Below are positions 27,331 to 36,275 of a stretch of 64,000 nt of DNA, one piece after another. The notes below the pieces were generated by a model. It did no database searches and was not told the origin of the DNA. It saw only the letters and a list, made by a program, of their open reading frames with translations. The DNA comes from a virus. Within the stretch, counting starts at the first letter, position 1. Every line of letters begins with the position of its first letter. The position numbers were made by a program, and so were the translations under genes. Location of the stretch: IMG/VR virus record IMGVR_UViG_3300050821_005436, positions 3,194 to 67,193 of that record; one strand, written 5' to 3'.

Positions 27331-28558
27331 AAAGAGTTTTATTAATTAACAACTCAGCTAGTTCTGGAGCAACATCGAAAATATTTTCGTTCCTCTGAAA
27401 ATCCAATAATTCAGTGCTAATTGTTAATTGGTCACTTAAGTCTTGCCCAGGTTGCATCATAAAGCTGATCAATCCTTCAGCAGAAGAAACCAAATTGTTA
27501 TCAAACTCAAATTTAGATTTCTTCAAATATTCAACATAGCTTTCTAGTTTAATTTTTGCATATTGTTTAAATTCATCACTTGTATTCTTAACACAATAAT
27601 ATTCTTGTGTGTGCAAAAGGTTAAACAAAATTTCTGGTCTTGCACCATCTAACCAACCAGCTTCTCTAAAATATTTATGAATGTCTTCTAGACGTGCAAT
27701 ATTAAAAACACTGATTGTAGGAGCAAACCAAACACAAACATTTGTATGTTCTTTAGTATAAATCATCATTTCATCAATATTTTTCTTAACGACTGACCAA
27801 TCTGTTCCATAGCGCCAATATTCAGCACGATCCTCAATTTCATCTATACTAAAATTCATAGTAACACAATCAAATTTATGCCAGGCATCCCTGAAATCAA
27901 ATGATTTATAAGTTAATTTACTACCATTGGTAGAATATTGAATATTCACATCCGTTCTATTTTCTTCAATCAACTTATTGATAATTTTATAGTGATCTTC
28001 CATTAATAATGGTTCGCCGCCCGCAAAATGCATTGCCTTAACTTGATTAGTATTCTGTTCAATAATTTGATTAAGACCAATTTCTGATGCACTTCGAATG
28101 TGTGTTACTTTGTCACTTTTAATTCCTGATGCCCTATCTGACAGTTGCTTATATGTGCTACTCAATTGTGGTCCGCATGTTCTGCATGCATAGTTGCATA
28201 AATTGCTTGATCTAAAATCCCAATTCAACATTTTTACATCTGCTGTTCCATCTTCTTGTGTAGAATCTATCAACTCTTGGGCATGATCTAAAAATTGGTG
28301 ATTGTATGATTTTCTAAGAGATACTTGTCCAGCCTCTTCTGCTTTCCAACATGTTTTGCATACATCTAGTTTTTTATCTGCTAGAATGTCAATTCTAAAT
28401 TTCTTAAATTTTTCATTGTTCATTATAGCGATGCCAGACTCATCTAGCTGCCCAAATGAATCAGCAGGATTCACTGCACAGCATGGATACACGTTGTTGT
28501 TTGGCCATAAGTGCATAGAGACCCATGGCGCCACACAGAGATGTTTTCTTTCAGTCAT
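27299..28558 (-). CDS. Radical SAM enzyme with N-terminal Twitch-like domain
   Basis: LCVAPW...PCC...CKTC; CNYACRTC; AGGEPLL; YSTNG. Confidence 0.9.
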   Translation of the reverse strand: MTERKHLCVAPWVSMHLWPNNNVYPCCAVNPADSFGQLDESGIAIMNNEKFKKFRIDILADKKLDVCKTCWKAEEAGQVSLRKSYNHQFLDHAQELIDSTQEDGTADVKMLNWDFRSSNLCNYACRTCGPQLSSTYKQLSDRASGIKSDKVTHIRSASEIGLNQIIEQNTNQVKAMHFAGGEPLLMEDHYKIINKLIEENRTDVNIQYSTNGSKLTYKSFDFRDAWHKFDCVTMNFSIDEIEDRAEYWRYGTDWSVVKKNIDEMMIYTKEHTNVCVWFAPTISVFNIARLEDIHKYFREAGWLDGARPEILFNLLHTQEYYCVKNTSDEFKQYAKIKLESYVEYLKKSKFEFDNNLVSSAEGLISFMMQPGQDLSDQLTISTELLDFQRNENIFDVAPELAELLINKTLYDKQSITRKN

Positions 28559-28854
28559 TTCTTCAATTTAAACGCCAATGCGTCTAACCTATTTTCAAAT
28601 TTAATAAAGAATTTGGCTTGCACAAAGGGGGAACAATTAACGTCTTGCTCTTCCTTTGTTTCTACTAATATTTTTACACTTTTATACATAGAAAAATCTA
28701 TAGTTGATAATATCTTTTGCACTGCATGATTTACAAAACGAATATGACCTAGATCATATTCATGTTCTGTATCGTAAAAAGACGCATCATATCTATCTTC
28801 AATAATGCCATAGCTTTGTGTATAAACTAAAACTTTTAGATCGTCATCATTCAT
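28555..28854 (-). CDS. Small hypothetical protein (same C-terminal motif)
   Basis: IKFENRLDALAFKLK. Confidence 0.65.
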   Translation of the reverse strand: MNDDDLKVLVYTQSYGIIEDRYDASFYDTEHEYDLGHIRFVNHAVQKILSTIDFSMYKSVKILVETKEEQDVNCSPFVQAKFFIKFENRLDALAFKLKK

Positions 28855-30385
28855 TTGAGTCAGGATTAATAATATCCCTGACAGTCTGAGGTTCTACATA
28901 TTCTTGACTGCCAGGATTTGCTTTTGAGGGTGAAAGAATCCATCCCTCCTCTTTAGCTTTATTTAACAACTCCTTATGCACGAACTCCATCGCTTTGGTG
29001 TTATCACCATTAATCAATTCTTTAATTGGTTTCAACTCTGTCATCGGAAGACTTAGATACCAATCTTTCAATGCAGGAAACGTTTCAACGAAGTTTTTAC
29101 CTCTACGTTGATCGTATTCAGCAAAGAATGTTCTAAAATCCCTTTGGCGAGATTCCAAACTACTAACGTTGCTATGTCCCTCATCAACTTCACGAATATA
29201 TGTTATCATGCGTTCGATACCTTCGACTTCATGTTGAGCTAATCTGTATTTGTTTGCACTCAACCAACGTTCTATCCACAGTGCTTGCTTTAATCGAATA
29301 TCTTCTGGTAGTGTATTAACACTCATAAAGCTAGGGAAACGAAGTATATTGAAACTCATACAAGCATGATGGTCTCCATATGTTCGTTTCAGGTCAAGCA
29401 TATCATCCATGAAGTCTGTAATGCTTCCTAAGCACAATGCATTTATTGTCATCATAACATGCGTGTTTTTGCAATTCCCTTCTCGCAGCATGTAATCAAA
29501 ATTATTGAGCCATTCATCATAGTTGAGTCCATCGCGAATATATTCTGCTTGTTCTCCCCAAGCTTCGCAACTTGTATAAAGATGAAAATCTTCAAAACTG
29601 TGTGTTGCATTACATAGACGTTCAATCAACTCTTTCTTTGCACCAAGATTACTATTGACTGCTAAACGAACTTTACAATCTGGATTCTGTTCCCACCAGT
29701 CTATAAGCTTCCAGAAGTCTGGGCTCATAGTTCCTTCTCCGCCTGTAACACGTAGTTCAACTAAACTATGCTGTAACTCATTATTCCACCATTGCCAAAA
29801 TGCTTCAGTATATGGATTGTCCTTATTCTTAATTCCATATGGCATTGCCCAACTTCCATCTTGATGATAGGCACCTGCACCATCACTTACGAGGTTTTGA
29901 TAAGCGCCATTAACTTTAATATCATGCGCCCAAGTTGAGCTAAAACTTGCATTGCAGTATGAACAAGCAAAGTTGCACAAATTATCAAACGAAATTTCTA
30001 ATGTCTTTGGGGCAATATCTTCAAAATTTTTATATTGTTCAATGCTCTTTTGAATGTCTTCCTCTGAATGAATGATACTTTTATAAACTCTATCACTCAC
30101 TAAATCCTTGCCTAAATTTTCTACTCGCCAACAGTAATCGCATTCTTTGGTTTGTATGCCATCAATCATTTCTTTTCTTACTGTCTTTCTATATTCTGTG
30201 TTTAGCAATGCTTTGTAACTTGCTTTTAGTTCAGTAAGAGGAATCTTTGATGCTGGTGGATGATGGCATGCAGTGGAAGTTCCAGACCCTAACCAAACTG
30301 TTCCGTTAAGTCCTTTTGCTGCACAATAAGTTGGGCTAATTGCATCCAATACCCGTTTCTTGTAATCTGAGTTTGATTCATTCAT
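28847..30385 (-). CDS. Radical SAM enzyme with N-terminal Twitch-like (CHH) domain
   Basis: YCAAK...ACHHP...CDYCW; CNFACSYC; TGGEG. Confidence 0.9.
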   Translation of the reverse strand: MNESNSDYKKRVLDAISPTYCAAKGLNGTVWLGSGTSTACHHPPASKIPLTELKASYKALLNTEYRKTVRKEMIDGIQTKECDYCWRVENLGKDLVSDRVYKSIIHSEEDIQKSIEQYKNFEDIAPKTLEISFDNLCNFACSYCNASFSSTWAHDIKVNGAYQNLVSDGAGAYHQDGSWAMPYGIKNKDNPYTEAFWQWWNNELQHSLVELRVTGGEGTMSPDFWKLIDWWEQNPDCKVRLAVNSNLGAKKELIERLCNATHSFEDFHLYTSCEAWGEQAEYIRDGLNYDEWLNNFDYMLREGNCKNTHVMMTINALCLGSITDFMDDMLDLKRTYGDHHACMSFNILRFPSFMSVNTLPEDIRLKQALWIERWLSANKYRLAQHEVEGIERMITYIREVDEGHSNVSSLESRQRDFRTFFAEYDQRRGKNFVETFPALKDWYLSLPMTELKPIKELINGDNTKAMEFVHKELLNKAKEEGWILSPSKANPGSQEYVEPQTVRDIINPDSNE

Positions 30386-31763
30386 AAAATTCTCTATATT
30401 CTGGGAACGTGGTTAAAAAATCTGTTCCTCTACGTTGATCGTATTCTTTGTAAAAACTTTTAAAATCTGCCAATCGTTTTTGTAAATCAACATTGTCGAG
30501 TGGTGTCAAAGCATATTCCTTTAGTCGCGCAATTTGATCCAATTCTTCTAGATAAAATCTACCAGCCGCATCCTCGCTATGATTTCTATCATGCATATTC
30601 ATCCATTGATCAATATCATTAAGATACTTTAACTTAAATTCAGTAGGTAAAATTCTAACGTCTTGAAACTGTGGCCACCGCAAATAACTAATTACAAACG
30701 GGATGCGGTTAAATCCATCATCCTCGTTGTATGCTCGCCTGAAACTCCATATATCATACATGAAACCCTTGAATGAAGTCAAACTCAATGCATTAAACGT
30801 AATCATAAAATTTATACGGTAATTACTAGGTGTTTCGTCTAAGTATCTATCTACATTTTTTATAAATGTATCATAATCCATTCCATATCTGATATAATTA
30901 GCTTGAATGTCTGACGCTTCGCAGCTTGTATATAATTCAAATTCTTTGACCTTGCCGTTTAGCTTATTTGCATAGTCAATTATTTTGTCTATTAATTGGT
31001 CAGGAACCATCATGTTTGAATTTACTGATAATTTCAAATTTGGCATAGGATTCTGATAAATCATATCGAGCAATTTCCAGAAATCTTTACTTAACAATGG
31101 TTCGCCGCCCGTAATTCTTAGCTCTACTAACGTTTTACTTAGTTCAGGCCACCAACCCCAGAATGCATCTACATATGGATTATGATCTTTGTGAGGAATT
31201 GGCATCTTCCCTTGTTGCTTAATCCATTCTATATTACCTATCCCAACTTTATATTCACCATACCGCTCAATTTCTTCCATCCAACTAGAAGAAACGTCAG
31301 GGGAACAATACATACAAGACATTTGACATACACTGCTAAACGAAATTTCTACGTATGTTGGCGTTATATTGTTTAATGGGCCATTCGTTAATACTTTATC
31401 AGCATACGGATATGCCCAGCTTTCATCTGTGCTTTTGTATGTCCTATCACTGATATGATCATTACCTAAATCCTCAATGTTCCAACAATAGTTGCATGCA
31501 GATGGGCGACGAGATTCCATCATATCCAATCGTTCTAGCTTCTTTTCTTTTGTATTATGTAGTGCTGAATAATTGTTCTTAAGTTCATCCACTGAAATTT
31601 TATTTGACTTACAATGATGACAGGATGACGTATGACCGTTGTGTAAGTTGATAGTCGTTTGTAGCCATTTAGCTAAACAAATACTATCGCTACCTGCCTT
31701 AATTTCTATTTCAGTCATTCTCGATAACATGTTATCGACGTTGATCTGGTTTGGTGATTTCAT
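30378..31763 (-). CDS. Radical SAM enzyme, paralog of 28847..30385
   Basis: ICLAK...SCHHC...CNYCW; CQMSCMYC; TGGEPLL; shared EYDQRRG.xF..TFP C-terminus. Confidence 0.9.
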   Translation of the reverse strand: MKSPNQINVDNMLSRMTEIEIKAGSDSICLAKWLQTTINLHNGHTSSCHHCKSNKISVDELKNNYSALHNTKEKKLERLDMMESRRPSACNYCWNIEDLGNDHISDRTYKSTDESWAYPYADKVLTNGPLNNITPTYVEISFSSVCQMSCMYCSPDVSSSWMEEIERYGEYKVGIGNIEWIKQQGKMPIPHKDHNPYVDAFWGWWPELSKTLVELRITGGEPLLSKDFWKLLDMIYQNPMPNLKLSVNSNMMVPDQLIDKIIDYANKLNGKVKEFELYTSCEASDIQANYIRYGMDYDTFIKNVDRYLDETPSNYRINFMITFNALSLTSFKGFMYDIWSFRRAYNEDDGFNRIPFVISYLRWPQFQDVRILPTEFKLKYLNDIDQWMNMHDRNHSEDAAGRFYLEELDQIARLKEYALTPLDNVDLQKRLADFKSFYKEYDQRRGTDFLTTFPEYREFYE

Positions 31764-32011
31764 TAACTGTGTTTTAATCTCTCTACTAATTTTTCTTGGT
31801 CTGTCAATTCTTTATTATAAATTATGATTCTTCCTTCAAGCAAGCATTCTTCATAATCGTGAATATCTGACAGGAACGAGTCTTCACCTTCATATTGAAC
31901 TTCAATATATGGCCATTTTGAATCTGAGTCTATGACCCTTATAATCATTCCAAACTCGTGTATAGTTTTAGAATATATTGAGCAACCAACCGGAATCGTC
32001 ATTTGGCTCAT
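31763..32011 (-). CDS. Small hypothetical protein (82 aa)
   Basis: Coupled ORF filling the gap in the operon. Confidence 0.6.
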   Translation of the reverse strand: MSQMTIPVGCSIYSKTIHEFGMIIRVIDSDSKWPYIEVQYEGEDSFLSDIHDYEECLLEGRIIIYNKELTDQEKLVERLKHS

Positions 32012-32946
32012 TGTAACCCTCTGTTGAAATTGAGAACATCCATTTCAGTAATCATTGCATTAGAAACATTCTTATGTGCGTTTGCATAATGATGCTTAAA
32101 AAACTTGCTTTGTTCAGCATTCATGTCGATTATAGGAAGATTCAATCTACTCCTGAGCATCGGAGTAATGTGATTAATATCATGGACTTGGTTCCAAATT
32201 TCTTTAATCTTGTCAAAGTCATGCACTTCAATATAATCCCAATCTGTTAGCATTGTTAGATACGTTCCTAAGCGGGCACCGTAAATTGCATAATTGCCAT
32301 TTTCTATATCAGCACCAACATTCATCCAGATCATTAAATTATCTAAATTGCGAGAATGCACTTTCTTTTCAAAATCTACAAGTGATGGCTTAGAACCTCT
32401 ATCCAAACACATCTTCACACCTTCTCTAAATCCTGCACGAAATGCTTGAAACGCACTTTGATTAGGATATGTTGTGCTATACGTATTATGTAGTGCGATA
32501 TATTTAGGATCAAAGCAAAATTCAACATTGTTTTCGTCTTTTCCGTCGCTGTTTTCATGTGTCTTCATGTTGTTTATGAAATCTTTAGTCCATAAACTTA
32601 ACCCACCGTTACCATAACAAAGACCATTGATATGGTTGCGTGCTTTCCAACGAAATACGCAATCATCTTGCCAATCCTGAATACATAATTGTAGATTAAA
32701 GAATTCAGGATCAGGAATATTGTCGCCGTCAATCAAAATAAATCTATCTGTCTCACTTACAGCGGCAGCGGCTTTATGGGCAGAATCTGAACCCTTGACT
32801 CCATCGATGCGTTTTGCCCAGGGCACTATGTTTTGAACTTTAATCCAAAATTCCTCTTTTTTCGGCTCATCATAGGTCAAAAAGATAATATCTAAATCTG
32901 CTACGTCTATAATCTTATCACTACTAATGTATTCATTTTGAAACAT
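32008..32946 (-). CDS. GT-A fold glycosyltransferase-like protein
   Basis: DIIFLTYDE, AHKAAA, FILIDGD (DxD), YGNGG. Confidence 0.65.
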   Translation of the reverse strand: MFQNEYISSDKIIDVADLDIIFLTYDEPKKEEFWIKVQNIVPWAKRIDGVKGSDSAHKAAAAVSETDRFILIDGDNIPDPEFFNLQLCIQDWQDDCVFRWKARNHINGLCYGNGGLSLWTKDFINNMKTHENSDGKDENNVEFCFDPKYIALHNTYSTTYPNQSAFQAFRAGFREGVKMCLDRGSKPSLVDFEKKVHSRNLDNLMIWMNVGADIENGNYAIYGARLGTYLTMLTDWDYIEVHDFDKIKEIWNQVHDINHITPMLRSRLNLPIIDMNAEQSKFFKHHYANAHKNVSNAMITEMDVLNFNRGLQ

Positions 32947-33277
32947 AAGAATCTCTCTCAGTTATCGAATCATCTGCTAAAATTAGCATATTATTCTTTA
33001 CGGTTTTAAAATTTCCATCTTCTACTTTTTCTAAGTAGATAGTGTTAATACTAGATAGGGACATATTATGAATCTCACCATTCTTTACTTTATATTTTCC
33101 CATCTGAATTGCTATAAATGCGTCAAGATCAACTACGATATAATCACCATCTTTATCTTCTATAGTGCAATCCGTAATATTTCCTTTAGCATCATAATAT
33201 ATTTTATGCTCTATTGGTGGCGGTGCGACAAAAGTTGAGTCTGCTAATGCCTTCCAAAATTCATCCTCATTGGACAT
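32933..33277 (-). CDS. Hypothetical protein (probable start MSNEDEF at 33277)
   Basis: In-frame ATG near the upstream stop removes a ~100-nt overlap. Confidence 0.6.
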   Translation of the reverse strand: MSNEDEFWKALADSTFVAPPPIEHKIYYDAKGNITDCTIEDKDGDYIVVDLDAFIAIQMGKYKVKNGEIHNMSLSSINTIYLEKVEDGNFKTVKNNMLILADDSITERDSYVSK

Positions 33278-34124
33278 ATTTCTGTATAACCTCATCTGTT
33301 GCGTAATCTTTTTGATAATAATGAAATGGATACAATTGTCTAGTAAAACCAACTGTATGATTACAATCATCATCTATTTGTGAATAGAGTTTAGTGGTCC
33401 AATCCTCATCGATACCCCAACCCTGAATTCCACCTTTCATATGAACAATTTTCGGGATGCTTAGGTCAGGAATGTAAAAATTTTCTTCCCCTAATATCTT
33501 TGCTGCAATAGCAAAAACAACATCTGTGGTTGGATATGTATCTCTACAATTAATAAGCAATTCGTCTCTGAAGTAATCCCAATCTTGATAAATCTTTCTT
33601 GATAAATCAAAGAACTCTGCTGATTGCATTGAATATCTGAAATAGAAAAATGCTGAATATAGATTTGGTAAGCTATTTTCATCAAACAATCGCCTATATG
33701 CTCTAGAATTTGAAACATTTCCCAGATAATCAACGACTTTTGTTGTGAATAAAACATCTTTCAACTGATATACTGACCACCAATGGTCTATGTTGCGATT
33801 GAAAGTCATGTCACAATCTAGCTTAACTGTTTCTTTGAATGGCGTAAGCCAATAAGCTTTCCATTCGTCACCTAGTTTCCAACTTGGGTCTTCATTCTCA
33901 TTTGAATCAGGAATCTCTATCACATAATCAAACACTTTTTTATGTTTGTCAGTAATTTCCTTGAACGTCTCTGAATCAACTGCAACTGCATATAAATTAG
34001 TTTCTTGTGTTTTTTTAATTGACGCTGCTTGCAAATATGCTAGACGCAAGTAATCACATTTGCTAGTATTTTTCGCAAATGTGAAGTATCCTTTTTGTGC
34101 AGAGAATTCACCTCTAATTAGCAT
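33267..34124 (-). CDS. GT-A (GT8-like) glycosyltransferase
   Basis: TPFKETVKLDCDM (DxD), TDVVFAIA, IVHMKG. Confidence 0.7.
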   Translation of the reverse strand: MLIRGEFSAQKGYFTFAKNTSKCDYLRLAYLQAASIKKTQETNLYAVAVDSETFKEITDKHKKVFDYVIEIPDSNENEDPSWKLGDEWKAYWLTPFKETVKLDCDMTFNRNIDHWWSVYQLKDVLFTTKVVDYLGNVSNSRAYRRLFDENSLPNLYSAFFYFRYSMQSAEFFDLSRKIYQDWDYFRDELLINCRDTYPTTDVVFAIAAKILGEENFYIPDLSIPKIVHMKGGIQGWGIDEDWTTKLYSQIDDDCNHTVGFTRQLYPFHYYQKDYATDEVIQKYVQ

Positions 34125-34945
34125 TCGTATTTCTCCAACTTGTCTAGTAATTCTTCATCTTGACACGACCATTTTCCTAAGATATGCACGTTATGATTTT
34201 TTATGTAATCAACATATTTTTTAGAATTCTTCTCGTATGTGTAGATCAGCCCTCTACCTTCTTTATAATCAATTATTTTAACATCCGTCGATAGCATGCA
34301 CATTTCTCCCGGAAGAGATTCTGCTCCAACATTACCTCGTGCTGCTAATGCAATAGTTAATGCATAATCATTTCTATATGGTTGAGGGTCTACTCCAAAT
34401 AATTTATGATAATAATCATATCTGTCTCTTACTTGTTTCATCATGTAAAATGTTGATCCTGCTGCATACGATCGGTCAAAATAACATACTGTCGCCCAAC
34501 TCATAGGTAACGTATATTTTGATATTAGACTGCTGCCAGCAAAAGAATCTCTGTTAGTAGGATCGAATACTTTAGAATAGCACATGAATTTATTGTTCGT
34601 TGCAAATAGCATTTTCAGTGATGGTTCCAAAACAAAATAATCAGCATCAATAAGTAATGTTTTATCGTAAGGAGATAAATCATATGCATCTGGACGAGAT
34701 TGATTGAACCATTTTATATTTTGGTATTCCTCCCCATCAAACATTGCCCTATTCGTATAAGACCCTTTATCTATAATGATACTATCTTCTGCATGTTTGA
34801 AGTTGCAGTCTTTATCTGTAATGATAGTTGTAGGTATTCCCAAATTTTTCTTGACAAATCCAGCTGCAACATCTGCTAATCTAGTGTATTCAAAATCGCC
34901 GTTGTTTATAGCGAAAATTATGCATCCCTTAGATTTGTTTGCCAT
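34118..34945 (-). CDS. GT-A (GT8-like) glycosyltransferase, paralog of 33267..34124
   Basis: SPYDKTLLIDADY (DxD), RNDYALTIA, VHILGK. Confidence 0.7.
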   Translation of the reverse strand: MANKSKGCIIFAINNGDFEYTRLADVAAGFVKKNLGIPTTIITDKDCNFKHAEDSIIIDKGSYTNRAMFDGEEYQNIKWFNQSRPDAYDLSPYDKTLLIDADYFVLEPSLKMLFATNNKFMCYSKVFDPTNRDSFAGSSLISKYTLPMSWATVCYFDRSYAAGSTFYMMKQVRDRYDYYHKLFGVDPQPYRNDYALTIALAARGNVGAESLPGEMCMLSTDVKIIDYKEGRGLIYTYEKNSKKYVDYIKNHNVHILGKWSCQDEELLDKLEKYEC

Positions 34946-35243
34946 TTCTGATCCTCAGAATTTTCTGATACTCAACTTCCCAATCATTCATGATTGTTTG
35001 GTAACATTGCTTTAGTTCATCTAATAATTTTTCACGTTCGATTCGGATTGGATTTCCATAACTATCCTCAATTACATTGACTTCTACAATTGATAGGAAT
35101 GTAATAAGTTCCGGGGAAGCCTTAAATAAGCCACCGTTATGTGCGACGTATAATTGTTGTTGAGATTTTTCTTTGAGTTCTAGCTTTTTGGCTGCATGAT
35201 TAAATGCAGCCTGAGCCATACTATTGATATTTGAGTTATTCAT
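34929..35243 (-). CDS. Hypothetical protein (104 aa), first gene of the GT/radical SAM operon
   Basis: ORF directly below a sigma70-type promoter. Confidence 0.7.
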   Translation of the reverse strand: MNNSNINSMAQAAFNHAAKKLELKEKSQQQLYVAHNGGLFKASPELITFLSIVEVNVIEDSYGNPIRIEREKLLDELKQCYQTIMNDWEVEYQKILRIRNGKQI

Positions 35244-35249
35244 ACAAAC

Positions 35250-35278
35250 ACTGTAGCAGGTTTTGTATGAAATGTCAA
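35250..35278 (-). promoter_or_regulatory. Host sigma70-type promoter, probably leaderless
   Basis: TTGACA (35273-35278), 17-nt spacer ending TGC, TACAGT (35250-35255); ATG 6 nt downstream. Confidence 0.7.
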
Positions 35279-35280
35279 AT

Positions 35281-36255
35281 TTAACTACCTGTTACTGTAC
35301 CGCCTGAGATTATGGGAGTGCCCCAAGTGTTGGATAGGTATGTCGTAGGCGGCATACCTGCTGACCAATTTAGTTGCGATACACCATCAACTATATCAGT
35401 AGGAGGTCCAAATGTATCAGATGCTGCGTCAGTCCAAACGATAGAGAATGTCAATACTGAACCTACATCACCGTTTGATCCTTGGTGTCCGTTTGAATTT
35501 ACGTTTGTTTGAATAAAATTGACGTTTGCATATGGTGCTGCACCTGCAGAATATTGCTTTTGAATGGTTTGGGCGCCAATTGTCTGTTGCCAATAACCTA
35601 TAGCAACAGGAGGCACAAGAGTTCCAGTTCCACCAGCAGTATTCCCAGAAGCAGTCGTTGTATTATACCCAAAGCTTATAGTTCCGCATGCGGCACATAA
35701 ATTTACCCATGACGTATTTTTATTATTTGTAGTTACTGGTGTATGTGTGAATGAGAAATTGATTGTTCCGCCAGCATTGAAGAAATATCTAGCTGCATCT
35801 CCAGAGGTAAAAGTGACAGTGACAGGAAAAGTTAATGCATTTTGCCAACGATTATTATTTGCTGCGCTGTATGCGGATGATCCAGATGCTGCAGTCGTTC
35901 TAGTAGTTACTTTGCCGATATTATTAGTGACTGTGTTGATATCTCCACTAAGAACTGATACGGCTTGAATTAAGTTACCTGTTGTTGGATTCGTCAGTGC
36001 AGAAATTGATGTGCCTTGATGATTTGCAGATGCAGTGATTTTCGAGAACATAGAAGACCATTGTGCTGCTGTTACTAATGTTCCGGTGGTTACCGGTGAT
36101 AATACTGATCCTTGACCGTAACCCTTGCTTCCGTTGCCAACGCCCCAAATTGTATTAACGTTAGCGACTGAGTTGTTAGCTACACCATTTGCTGATCCAG
36201 TCGCGAAAGTGTTGTAATCCCCATTTGCGATTATTTGGCCTGTTGCGTAAGTCAT
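35281..36255 (-). CDS. Virion structural protein (tail/fibre associated), Ser/Thr/Asn-rich
   Basis: Late promoter upstream, in the tail module; ARYFFNAGG motif; no Glu residue. Confidence 0.65.
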   Translation of the reverse strand: MTYATGQIIANGDYNTFATGSANGVANNSVANVNTIWGVGNGSKGYGQGSVLSPVTTGTLVTAAQWSSMFSKITASANHQGTSISALTNPTTGNLIQAVSVLSGDINTVTNNIGKVTTRTTAASGSSAYSAANNNRWQNALTFPVTVTFTSGDAARYFFNAGGTINFSFTHTPVTTNNKNTSWVNLCAACGTISFGYNTTTASGNTAGGTGTLVPPVAIGYWQQTIGAQTIQKQYSAGAAPYANVNFIQTNVNSNGHQGSNGDVGSVLTFSIVWTDAASDTFGPPTDIVDGVSQLNWSAGMPPTTYLSNTWGTPIISGGTVTGS

Positions 36256-36275
36256 GTATAGTTCCTATTCTTAAT

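Noticed and set aside
23354-31763. Radical SAMs as queuosine/7-deazaguanine (QueE) or anaerobic RNR activase genes
   Set aside because: No queC, queD, folE, dpdA or nrdD in the window, and the auxiliary Cys domains and sizes do not fit
33278-33373. N-terminal extension of the 146-aa ORF
   Set aside because: It lies wholly within the upstream GT gene; the ATG at 33277 is more plausible
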